Of a DNA stretch of 27,653 nt, positions 17,325-25,879 are shown in pieces. The translations under genes were made by a program, and so were the position numbers. This DNA is from a virus (lineage: Duplodnaviria > Caudoviricetes): positions 1-27,653 of the IMG/VR virus record IMGVR_UViG_3300012971_000074; one strand, written 5' to 3'. The first letter of the stretch is position 1; the number at the start of each line of letters is the position of its first letter. The notes below the pieces were generated by a model that was given only the letters and a program-made list of their open reading frames with translations, had not been told where the DNA came from and made no database searches.

Positions 17325-18527
17325 ATGACATTCACACAGCCCGAATTTCCGGGCGCTAAGCGGCAGGAAGTAGCGACTCTTTATGTTGCTGGGCAGTATT
17401 ACAGCGATTGGGAGACTGTTTGGGTTCAACACCGTTGGCACGATCCATACAACTACTTTCGCTTTACCTGCGCGGAGCGGGATCCCGTTCCAGGATTGTG
17501 GGATCGGCTGCAATTTAAGCCTGGCGATTCATGCGGGATCTACCTCGCCGACATATTAGCGCTCACCGGGATAATCTTGGTTCGGCAGGTTGGTTATGAA
17601 GCCAATAGTCATGGCGTTTCTCTGCAGGGCAAAGGCAAGGCTTGGGAATTGACGGGTGACATTCTTCCCGAGGAGGGCGACGGAGGAGGCAATTTCCACG
17701 GGGATCTTATTGGCATTGTGGTGCAAGTCCTTCAACCGACCAGCGTTCGCCTTGGAGAGGTCATCGGCACGATTCCTGGCGATCCCTTCAACCCACCTGA
17801 CGGCGTTCACTTTCAACAAGGCGAGACGAGGTGGCAGTTCATGGAACGTCTAGCGCGCACGCGCAATGTCGATTTATCGAACAACAAGAACGGCGATCTC
17901 GTGCTTGTCGGACCACACGGACCGCGGATGTCGGCGGTCCTGATCGAGGGCGAGAACATCTACAGCGCGCAAGTCGTGATCAATGGCGAAGACATGTACA
18001 GCTTTGTCATGACGACAGGTCAGACTCGACCTTCCGATTCGCAAAACGGACCAGCCGCTTCGGAGCTGCGTTCAAAGGCCGTTCCGCCGGGCATCTTGCC
18101 CGAATTCCGTCCGCTCCTCGTGCCGATCGAGCACCCCGTCAAGAGTCAGCATGAGGTTGACCTGCGCGCGTACAAGGAAGCGCGATGGAGCGGAGTGCGG
18201 ATCGACGCCGATATTGTCGTCTACGGTTGGCTCGATCCGACTGGCAAGCTTTGGCAGGTCGGCACCGAGGTCCAACTCGACTCGCCGATGGTTCCGATCG
18301 ATCAATTGCTATCGATCGAGACGGTGACGTTCACGCAAGACTCGACCAGCGGTACGCGCACGTCGCTGCATCTGATTGAACCCTGGCGTAATAACACGAC
18401 GGGCGGTGCCGTCACTGACGCACCGACAGTCAAAGCCGACAGCTCGCAGACGGCAGCGCCTCCGTCGCAGGGCAATCCGGCGGATCCCTTTCCAGCTTTT
18501 CTTCCCGGTTCCAACTTGGTGTTCTGA
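17325..18527 (+). CDS. Baseplate hub protein (Mu gp44/P-like)
   Basis: L.V.G..Y..W..V.V; LTG.I; GET.WQF.ERLAR; LIEGENI; V.GW....G.LW; TF..D..SGTRT.L.L. Confidence 0.88.
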   Translation: MTFTQPEFPGAKRQEVATLYVAGQYYSDWETVWVQHRWHDPYNYFRFTCAERDPVPGLWDRLQFKPGDSCGIYLADILALTGIILVRQVGYEANSHGVSLQGKGKAWELTGDILPEEGDGGGNFHGDLIGIVVQVLQPTSVRLGEVIGTIPGDPFNPPDGVHFQQGETRWQFMERLARTRNVDLSNNKNGDLVLVGPHGPRMSAVLIEGENIYSAQVVINGEDMYSFVMTTGQTRPSDSQNGPAASELRSKAVPPGILPEFRPLLVPIEHPVKSQHEVDLRAYKEARWSGVRIDADIVVYGWLDPTGKLWQVGTEVQLDSPMVPIDQLLSIETVTFTQDSTSGTRTSLHLIEPWRNNTTGGAVTDAPTVKADSSQTAAPPSQGNPADPFPAFLPGSNLVF

Positions 18528-19780
18528 TGCAACGGCAAACCCCGTTAGACAATTCGATCCGCGGCTACCAGGGCGGCGGTTGCATCACCTGCGTCCCGAC
18601 GGTCGACGACAGCAAGGGGATTCAGGAAAGCAACGGCTCGCGCGGTATGAAAGGCGAGAATTGGCCGCAGAACATTTCCCCGCAAAATTATGGTTTCACT
18701 TCGGTCATTGCAGACGCCATCAAGAGCGGCGCGAGTGGAGCAATCCAACAGGTCGCCGAAGGCTTCATGAGCTTCATGGGGAGTAACAGAAGTTTCCCGA
18801 TCTGCAGCATCATGGATGATCGCCGGCATCGGCTTAAGAACCTGGCGCAGGATGCGGCCAAGGGCGCGACGGCAATGTTTGGCCTCAAGGAATGGGGCCA
18901 GCAGTTTTTGAATACTGACACCGGCATGTTCATGACCGGCAACACTGAAAAGAAGCTGAGGTTCCAGCTCGTCGACAATCAGAACGGCCAGCAGCAGCAA
19001 GGCGGCGGAGCGAAAGGCGGGACAAGAAAATTCCGCGATGCAAGATCTGGCGTCGAATTCGAAATCGAGCTTCTGGCCGACGGTAGCGGCGCCTCGAGCG
19101 GCGGCGCCGGCGCGGGCGAGTCCGGATCAGCCGGCACGACAGGCCAGAAGACGCTGCACAAGCAGGACAGCAAGACTTACATTGATGTGACTAAAGACGC
19201 CATGCAGCACGTCCGCGGCAACGGCAACATGAAGGTCGAGGACACTGCGGTCCAGACGTATCATCAGAGCGAGCAAAACTCGACGCGAGCTGATGACTCG
19301 CACGTTCATATACATTTTGGTGGCAATAACATCTGGGTCGACAGCGGCGGTTGCTGGTCGTCGAGTCCGATTCAAATCAAGGGCTGCACGGATCAAGGCG
19401 GGGGCCAGACCGGCACTCAGACAATGGGGCCAGCAGCGCACTCAGCCTCCGCGCCGATGTCCATCGATAACAATGCAAACATATCGATGGCGACAAGCGC
19501 GCCGATCAAGATCGCGTCCGCCACTGCCGAAGAGATGGCGGCTCGGCATGCGGCGATGCTGCTTCATCAGCCGATGCCGTATGCCAACGGAAATCTTTTT
19601 CTCGACATCGATACCACGCTGACGATCACGCCTACTGGGCAGCTCTCGGTCGTGGGCAGTGGCGGCGCTAGCGGCGTTCCTGAAGCGCCGAATGACGGCC
19701 TCATGTATGGACGTCAAAGTTTGAATTGGAATCGTTCTCTCGCGATCACCGGTGACATCCTCGACGGAGGAAACTTCTAA
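18527..19780 (+). CDS. Baseplate central spike (Mu gp45-like) with extended C-terminus (foldon-like motif, DGGNF end)
   Basis: VDDS..IQ ... QNYGFTSV ... G.NRS.PI...DDRRHR..L..G matches gp45; 417 aa is long for the family; C-terminal PEAPNDGLMYGRQSLNW. Confidence 0.82.
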   Translation: MQRQTPLDNSIRGYQGGGCITCVPTVDDSKGIQESNGSRGMKGENWPQNISPQNYGFTSVIADAIKSGASGAIQQVAEGFMSFMGSNRSFPICSIMDDRRHRLKNLAQDAAKGATAMFGLKEWGQQFLNTDTGMFMTGNTEKKLRFQLVDNQNGQQQQGGGAKGGTRKFRDARSGVEFEIELLADGSGASSGGAGAGESGSAGTTGQKTLHKQDSKTYIDVTKDAMQHVRGNGNMKVEDTAVQTYHQSEQNSTRADDSHVHIHFGGNNIWVDSGGCWSSSPIQIKGCTDQGGGQTGTQTMGPAAHSASAPMSIDNNANISMATSAPIKIASATAEEMAARHAAMLLHQPMPYANGNLFLDIDTTLTITPTGQLSVVGSGGASGVPEAPNDGLMYGRQSLNWNRSLAITGDILDGGNF

Positions 19781-21387
19781 TGGCCGATGTCATCAGGATC
19801 AAACGTCGCGTTAGCGGATCTCCAGGTGCACCCGCAAGCTTGGCCAATGCCGAGCTTGCTTACAATGAGGCTGATCACACGCTGTACTACGGCGAGGGCA
19901 CCGGCGGTGCAGGCGGCACGGCTAGTGTGATCGTCCCCGTTGGTGGCCCTGGCATGGCCTCGGGCGCCAGCCCCGCGATGAATGGCACGGCAGCGCCAGG
20001 CACAGCAACTCAGTGGTCACGCGGCGATCATGTTCATCCGACCGACACCACGCGCGCTCCGACGACTGTTTTTACGGCAACAGTGAATGGACTCGCACCG
20101 CTGAGCGGTGGCGGCACGGTGAATTTCTTAAGAGCTGATGGGACATGGAATGCACCGGCAGGAGGCGGCAATGTCACCAATGTCGGCACGCCGACTAACG
20201 GACAACTGGCCCAATGGACGAGCGCAACAAGCATTCAAGGTCTCAGCACATTAGGCAATGCTTTGCTCGCCACGATGGCGGCGCATACGTACAAAGGAAA
20301 TAATACCGGCGCAACTGCATCTCCGATAGATGTGACAGCCGCTCAGCTATTATCTGACATCGCGGCTGCGCCGCTCGCTTCACCGGCATTAACAGGAACT
20401 CCTACTGCTCCAACCGCGGCGAGCGGCACAAATACCACTCAGATTGCTACGACGGCGTTCGCTTTGTCAGTGCGGCAAGATCAGCAAGCAGCGCCCGGTG
20501 CCGATGTCCCTTGGGGCAACTTCAAAATTACCGGCTTGGCCAATCCGGTGAATGCGCAAGATGCGGCGACCAAGAATTATGTCGACGCGACGATCCAGGG
20601 CTTGGTGATTAAGCCGACGGCGCGACTTGCCACGGCCGCGGCGCTTCCTGCCAATACCTATGCCAATGGAACAGCGGGCGTCGGTGCAACACTCACGGCC
20701 ACCGCGACCGGCACGCTGACAGTAGACGGCGTTTTGACGGCGTTGAACGATCTTATTCTGGTTAAGAACGAAGCTGCCGCTGCGAACAACGGTCTTTATC
20801 AAGTCACGACCGCGGGAGCGACCGGAGTCGCTTATGTTCTTACCCGTCATGTTGACATGGACGTTGCCACCGAATTCCCCGGTGCATTCATTCCTGTTGG
20901 CGCCGGCGGAACTGCCAATGCAAATTCGCTCTGGTTAGCCAACCCGACGACTCCGGTCACTGTCGGCACAACTGCAATTCCTTTTACTCAATTAAACGCT
21001 GCGACCAGTGTGACGGCTGGAAACGGCATCAATATTGCAGCGAACGTCATCAGCGCCGTAGGTCTTTCTCCCAGTATCACGGTTAGCGCTTCTGGCATTC
21101 AAATCGGTGCTTCTTACGCCGGGCAAGCATCAATTACTACGCTAGGCACGATTGCAACGGGGACCTGGCAAGGCTCGATCATCGGCGTAGCGTACGGTGG
21201 AACGGGTGCGGCCTCGCTTGCCGCGGGATACGTAAAAGCAGCCGGGGCATCTGCGATGACTTCGCAGGCGACAATCCCGAATACCGACATCACCGGGCTT
21301 GGCACCATGTCGACGCAAGCCGCGACTGCTGTCGCGATCACTGGCGGCACGATCGACGGCATCACGTTCGATGGTGGCACGTTCTGA
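19780..21387 (+). CDS. Tail fibre/adaptor protein A with Mtd_N-like N-terminal domain
   Basis: IRIKRR....P.SL..AELAYNE.D.TLYYG.G; fibre motifs SRGDHVHP, SPALTGTPTAPT...TTQIATTAF, DAATKNYVD, ILVKNE....NNGLY; ends DGGTF. Confidence 0.8.
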   Translation: MADVIRIKRRVSGSPGAPASLANAELAYNEADHTLYYGEGTGGAGGTASVIVPVGGPGMASGASPAMNGTAAPGTATQWSRGDHVHPTDTTRAPTTVFTATVNGLAPLSGGGTVNFLRADGTWNAPAGGGNVTNVGTPTNGQLAQWTSATSIQGLSTLGNALLATMAAHTYKGNNTGATASPIDVTAAQLLSDIAAAPLASPALTGTPTAPTAASGTNTTQIATTAFALSVRQDQQAAPGADVPWGNFKITGLANPVNAQDAATKNYVDATIQGLVIKPTARLATAAALPANTYANGTAGVGATLTATATGTLTVDGVLTALNDLILVKNEAAAANNGLYQVTTAGATGVAYVLTRHVDMDVATEFPGAFIPVGAGGTANANSLWLANPTTPVTVGTTAIPFTQLNAATSVTAGNGINIAANVISAVGLSPSITVSASGIQIGASYAGQASITTLGTIATGTWQGSIIGVAYGGTGAASLAAGYVKAAGASAMTSQATIPNTDITGLGTMSTQAATAVAITGGTIDGITFDGGTF

Positions 21388-23048
21388 TGGTCGATACGCT
21401 TCGCATCAAGCGACGTGCGGCGGGGGGCGCCGCTGGACCTCCAGCATCGCTTGCGGCGGCCGAGCTCGCATTCAACGAGCAGGACAACACGCTCTACTAC
21501 GGAAAGGGCAACAGCGCTGGGGTCGCGACGAGCATCATCTCGATTGGAGGACAAGGCTTCCTGACTGGCACGCCTGCGGCACTCACCGCCGTTAGCGAGA
21601 CGAACATCACGCTCACGCTTGCCGGCACGCCAGCGACGGCGCTCCTGCAGGCAACCTCGATCACCGTGGGATGGACCGGAACGCTGGCCAACGCCCGCTT
21701 GGCCAACATGAACGGCCACACGTACAAAGGAAATAACACCGCGAGCGCGGCGCCGCCGATCGACGTCACCAATACGCAGCTCACGGCGGACCTCAATCTC
21801 TTCAGCTCGACACTACAAGGTCTTGTGCCCAGCAGCGGCGGCGGCACGACCAATTTTCTCAGGGCGGATGGCACATGGAGTGCGCCTGCGGGCGGTGGCA
21901 CCGTCACCACGACCGGTTCTCCCGCCAGCGGCCAATGGGCGCAGTTTTCCGGCGTGACCTCGATCACCGGCATTGCTACCGCTTCGGCGCCGTGGACTCG
22001 TTACGACACAAACCAGGGGCTAACGACTCCGCAACAAGGCGTCGCGTTGCGCAATATCGGTGCAGCGCAGCTAAATCTCGTCAATGGTAAGCTGGTTGAG
22101 AGCCACGCATCAAACGCCGCGACATTTGCGATCAAGACGCTCGCCGGTGCTGATCCTTCCGCGACCGATCCAGTCACTGTCTTCTTTCAGAATGGCACAT
22201 CGCTGGCGATCACAGCGGCGCTTTCGCTCACACTGGCTTCGGGCTGTACGCTAGGGACAATCAGCGCATGGTCATTCCGGCTCTGGTTTGCAATCGCCAG
22301 CAATGCAGGTACGCCGCAGCTTATTGTCCGGAACTGCTGTTACTACACCGCAACTCTTGTACCTGCCGTCAGTGCTACCCCTTCGGCGGCAGCTTCGGTT
22401 GCCGGGTTCGATCCCAAGGGTCTAGAGACTGCGGCTGCTATTCTTAGTCCAGGCGTCGCTCAGACGAGCTACGCGAGCTCAGCATTTACGAGCCAACCGG
22501 CGCGCATAATTGGCTTTGCCGACTATGAGGGAGGTTTAACGACAGCGGGAACTTGGGCGGCATCGCCAACGCGCATCGTGCTTTCGTCGCCAAGTTCGCC
22601 AATTCCGGGGGATGTAGTTCAGACCGTTTCTCAGAATGTATCTACTACCGGCGCTGGTACTGTATCAACGACATTTATTTGGTCAGCCCTTCAACTGAAT
22701 GTCACACCAAAAAGCCCTTGCAATCCAATTCAATATTCTGTCGGTACAGATAGTTCTACTCAATGCACTAACGCGACTGGATTCTCTTCACTTGTGAGAA
22801 TATCGCGAACTCCGGTGGCCGGCACGCCTATCACGGACCTTTCGGGATCAGTTTACCTTGCCTACTCCGTAAATAGTGCAGTTTTGAATGGATCCTTTTG
22901 TAGTTCGGTCTTGGATTATCATCATGCAACAACTGGATATCCGTTGACCTATGGTCTTCGAATTGCTGTAGACACAGCAGGCGGCGCAGGAGGGTTCTAT
23001 CTTCCTTATGATTATGCTTGGGCGCAAGCAGTAGAACTGATGGGGTGA
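21387..23048 (+). CDS. Tail fibre/receptor-binding protein B with Mtd_N-like N-terminal domain
   Basis: N-terminus paralogous to protein A; shared fibre modules; beta-rich C-terminal domain (PGDVVQ...ELMG) in visibly more AT-rich DNA. Confidence 0.78.
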   Translation: MVDTLRIKRRAAGGAAGPPASLAAAELAFNEQDNTLYYGKGNSAGVATSIISIGGQGFLTGTPAALTAVSETNITLTLAGTPATALLQATSITVGWTGTLANARLANMNGHTYKGNNTASAAPPIDVTNTQLTADLNLFSSTLQGLVPSSGGGTTNFLRADGTWSAPAGGGTVTTTGSPASGQWAQFSGVTSITGIATASAPWTRYDTNQGLTTPQQGVALRNIGAAQLNLVNGKLVESHASNAATFAIKTLAGADPSATDPVTVFFQNGTSLAITAALSLTLASGCTLGTISAWSFRLWFAIASNAGTPQLIVRNCCYYTATLVPAVSATPSAAASVAGFDPKGLETAAAILSPGVAQTSYASSAFTSQPARIIGFADYEGGLTTAGTWAASPTRIVLSSPSSPIPGDVVQTVSQNVSTTGAGTVSTTFIWSALQLNVTPKSPCNPIQYSVGTDSSTQCTNATGFSSLVRISRTPVAGTPITDLSGSVYLAYSVNSAVLNGSFCSSVLDYHHATTGYPLTYGLRIAVDTAGGAGGFYLPYDYAWAQAVELMG

Positions 23049-23051
23049 GCG

Positions 23052-23465
23052 ATGCCGTGGCGACCATCGTCAACCGATAAGCTTGGCCAGCACTTCATGG
23101 ACGAGGTGCATGCGGCTGGCCTCGCCGATCCGCCGATCGCCATCCGCTATGACACGGGCGAGATCGCTGGCCGCGAGAATCTATCTGCGGCAGACAATGC
23201 GACGCTCGACGCCGTGATCGCCGCTCACAAGCCGCAGGATTGGTGGGACCGTCAGACCAAAGCAAAGGGCCAACGCGAAGCCTATGCCGCGGATCGACAG
23301 GCAATAGACTTGGAGACCCGGCTGCAAACTTCGACACCTGAGGAACTGGATGCGTGGATTGCACAGATCGGCGATTGGAATCGCGCTCGCACCCTGTTCG
23401 CGCAAATTTGTAAACTGCTTGCCGCTCGTCTCGGTGAGCCTGGAAGAATCGTTCCTATGAAGTAA
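23052..23465 (+). CDS. Hypothetical protein (possible fibre assembly chaperone)
   Basis: 137-aa ORF filling the gap after fibre B; function inferred from position only. Confidence 0.55.
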   Translation: MPWRPSSTDKLGQHFMDEVHAAGLADPPIAIRYDTGEIAGRENLSAADNATLDAVIAAHKPQDWWDRQTKAKGQREAYAADRQAIDLETRLQTSTPEELDAWIAQIGDWNRARTLFAQICKLLAARLGEPGRIVPMK

Positions 23466-23470
23466 GCGAT

Positions 23471-24043
23471 ATGCCCGATATCCGGCTAATCCAAAACACC
23501 AACTTCCTTTTTCCATATGCCAAGTCAAACGTCACCGTCGATTGGCTATTGTTGGATGACGGCACGCTTGACGAGACGCAAGCGCTTGCGACTGCGGTCA
23601 TCGTCGCGCTTGGCACTGACGCGCTTGCCGACGCTGCCGATATCTTGCCGGATCCGGATTCGACCGATCGTCGCGGTTGGTGGGGCAACCTTGACGCGGC
23701 GGAAATTTGGAATGGCTGGGATATCGGATGCAAGCTTTGGCTGCTCACCCGCGCGAAGATCACCGGCCCGGAGGCGTGGGAAGGCGCCACGGTAACGCGC
23801 GTCGAGCAATACATCCGTGATGCGATCCAGCCTTTCATCGATCGCAAGATTGGCAGCGCGATGTGGGTGAAAGCCGAGCGCGTGGCTCGCGAGCAGATCA
23901 ACGCCGTGGTTCGGCTCTACCGCGGGCCGCAGCTCGAGATCGAGCTCCAATATCAAATCCTGTGGACGGACATCGTCGCTACGGGAAGCGCCTGGAACGT
24001 CGGCATTCTGCCTAATCCGGAAGGCGCACCACAACCGTTCTAA
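23471..24043 (+). CDS. Baseplate protein (Mu gp46/V-like)
   Basis: L.TAV.V.L.TD..A...D.LP....DRRGWWG ... GCKLWLL.RAK motif. Confidence 0.92.
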   Translation: MPDIRLIQNTNFLFPYAKSNVTVDWLLLDDGTLDETQALATAVIVALGTDALADAADILPDPDSTDRRGWWGNLDAAEIWNGWDIGCKLWLLTRAKITGPEAWEGATVTRVEQYIRDAIQPFIDRKIGSAMWVKAERVAREQINAVVRLYRGPQLEIELQYQILWTDIVATGSAWNVGILPNPEGAPQPF

Positions 24044-24046
24044 GCT

Positions 24047-25153
24047 ATGCCCTGGCAAACCCCGACATTAAAGGTCGTCCGCGGCCTCGTGCGCGACGCT
24101 ATTCGTGGCAACTTGCCAGGCGCCGACGCGAGCATCCCGAACAGTGTGCTCCGCGTCATGTCGGACGCGATGGGCGCGCTGTGCCATCTCACGCTCCAAT
24201 TCATTGATTGGTTGGCGCTGCAGCTACTTCCAGACACCGCTGAGCATGAGTGGCTCGACCGGCATGGCAATATATGGCTGACGAATTCAGATGGCACGAC
24301 CGGGCGCAAGATGGCGACGCTCGCGGTCGGGGTTGCGAACTTCCAAGTGACCAATGTCAGCGTCGTGATTCCATCCGGGACGCGGGCGACGTCGAACAAT
24401 GGCGTCGACTATGAAACGACTCAACTCGCCGTCGCAAATGGACCAGGCGTAGACACTCCAATTCCTATCCGTGCGCTGGATCCGGGCGCCGCTGGCAACC
24501 AAGATCCCGGAAGCCTTTTGACCGTGGACACGACGATCGTTCCCACGCTCGTGGGGAGCGCGACGGTTGTTAATCTCGACGGTGGCACCGATGAAGAGAC
24601 CGACGACGAGCTCCGCTTCCGCGTGCTCGCGCGCATCAGGCAGCCACCGCAAGGCGGGGCGGCTCATGACTATCAGGTGTGGGCCTTAGCCGTGCCAGGC
24701 TGTACCCGTGCGTGGGTGTCGCCGCTCGAGATGGGAATTGGGACGGTGACGGTGAGAGTTTTGTTCGACGACCTTCGCGCCTCTGACGACGGCTGGCCGC
24801 AATTGATCGACCTAGATCAGGTGAGCCAATACATCGATTCCGTTCGCCCGGTCGCTGTCAAAGATTTCTGGGTCCTCGCTCCGATAAAGCAACGCGTCGA
24901 CGTTCTTATTGCTCACATCGATCCGGACACCACAGAGATCCGCGCCGCGGTGCAGGCCAATCTTCAAACGATGTTTTTTCAGAACGCGGCTCCTGGGCAA
25001 ACTATTTTCGGAGCTTGGAAAGTCCAAACGATCATGAACACAGCCAACGTTAAGTCCGTGGACATGTTGAATTACACCGATGACGTAATGCAATCGCCGG
25101 GTCACATGGCGGTCTTGGGTGACATCCTGTACTCGGTATCACCATCACCATGA
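24047..25153 (+). CDS. Baseplate wedge protein J (Mu gp47-like)
   Basis: QLLPDTA..EWLDRHG, GGTDEETDDELR.R.L.R.R.PPQGGA..DY..WA..VPG..RAW, G.GTV.V. Confidence 0.95.
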   Translation: MPWQTPTLKVVRGLVRDAIRGNLPGADASIPNSVLRVMSDAMGALCHLTLQFIDWLALQLLPDTAEHEWLDRHGNIWLTNSDGTTGRKMATLAVGVANFQVTNVSVVIPSGTRATSNNGVDYETTQLAVANGPGVDTPIPIRALDPGAAGNQDPGSLLTVDTTIVPTLVGSATVVNLDGGTDEETDDELRFRVLARIRQPPQGGAAHDYQVWALAVPGCTRAWVSPLEMGIGTVTVRVLFDDLRASDDGWPQLIDLDQVSQYIDSVRPVAVKDFWVLAPIKQRVDVLIAHIDPDTTEIRAAVQANLQTMFFQNAAPGQTIFGAWKVQTIMNTANVKSVDMLNYTDDVMQSPGHMAVLGDILYSVSPSP

Positions 25154-25863
25154 CGCAAACACACGACTGGGATCGTTACGTTCGACGCTCGGGCGAGGAC
25201 TACGCGGAGCAGTTCCTAAGACTATTGCCTGTTGGTCAAGCATGGCCAAAGGCGCCGGGCTCGATCCTGCAACGCGTTTGCTACGGCCTGGCGGACTACT
25301 TTGGTTTCGTCGATAGCCGCGCTGGCGACCTGCTCGAGCGCGAGAGCGATCCGCGCTTCACCATAGAGCTCCTATCGGACTGGGAGCGCGCATGGGGGCT
25401 GCCAGATCCTTGCTTCCCGTCAGCAACGACGATCGGCGAGCGTCAGAAAATGCTCGTCATGTTCATGACCTGGCTTGGCGGCCAGTCGCGCGCTTACTTC
25501 AAGAAGGTCGCTGCGTTTGTCGGCTACACGATAGAGATCAAAGAGTTCGCGCCCTTCATGTGCGGAATCTCTCAAGTCGGCGATACCCGCACGCCGCCGC
25601 CGAATTCACCGATCGCAGATCAAAATTTCCGCTGGTACATCGGCCCTGCTGAGCAGCGCTTCTACTGGGAAGTTAGCGTCGGCCAGGTTGGCTTGATTTG
25701 GTTTCGAGCTTCAGCAGGGCAGGCCGGCGTCGATCCGCACTTGAAGATCAGCGTTCCGGCCGAATTCATCTGCCTGCTCGACCGCTGGAAGCCCGCTCAC
25801 ACTCACATCGTTCCGGACTTCAGCAGCCTAGCGTTTGGCGGACCGATGCAGGGAACGCCGTAA
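25150..25863 (+). CDS. Baseplate protein (Mu gp48 / YmfQ / DUF2313-like)
   Basis: LLP.G.AW, L..E.DPR.T.ELL.DWER..GLPD.C, GGQSR.YF..VA...GY.I.I.E, C.L...KPAHT. Confidence 0.93.
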   Translation: MTQTHDWDRYVRRSGEDYAEQFLRLLPVGQAWPKAPGSILQRVCYGLADYFGFVDSRAGDLLERESDPRFTIELLSDWERAWGLPDPCFPSATTIGERQKMLVMFMTWLGGQSRAYFKKVAAFVGYTIEIKEFAPFMCGISQVGDTRTPPPNSPIADQNFRWYIGPAEQRFYWEVSVGQVGLIWFRASAGQAGVDPHLKISVPAEFICLLDRWKPAHTHIVPDFSSLAFGGPMQGTP

Positions 25864-25879
25864 CAGAAGGAGAGGGATC

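Noticed and set aside
21387-23048. Diversity-generating retroelement target, suggested by Mtd_N-like domains
   Set aside because: No template/variable repeat pair differing at adenines, no reverse transcriptase and no recognisable C-type-lectin ending in the window. Cannot be excluded elsewhere in the genome.
12397-24049. Stop-codon readthrough or recoding at in-frame junctions (12399/12403, 16652/16656, 17324/17325, 23048/23052, 24043/24047)
   Set aside because: TAA, TAG and TGA all end clearly complete genes in this window, and downstream ORFs have their own ATG and mostly family-typical N-termini. Translational coupling is sufficient.
25835-25879. Upstream ATG start for the last fibre gene
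   Set aside because: Overlaps gp48 and adds a non-conserved-looking basic peptide; GTG 25880 has a strong AGGAGAGG RBS.
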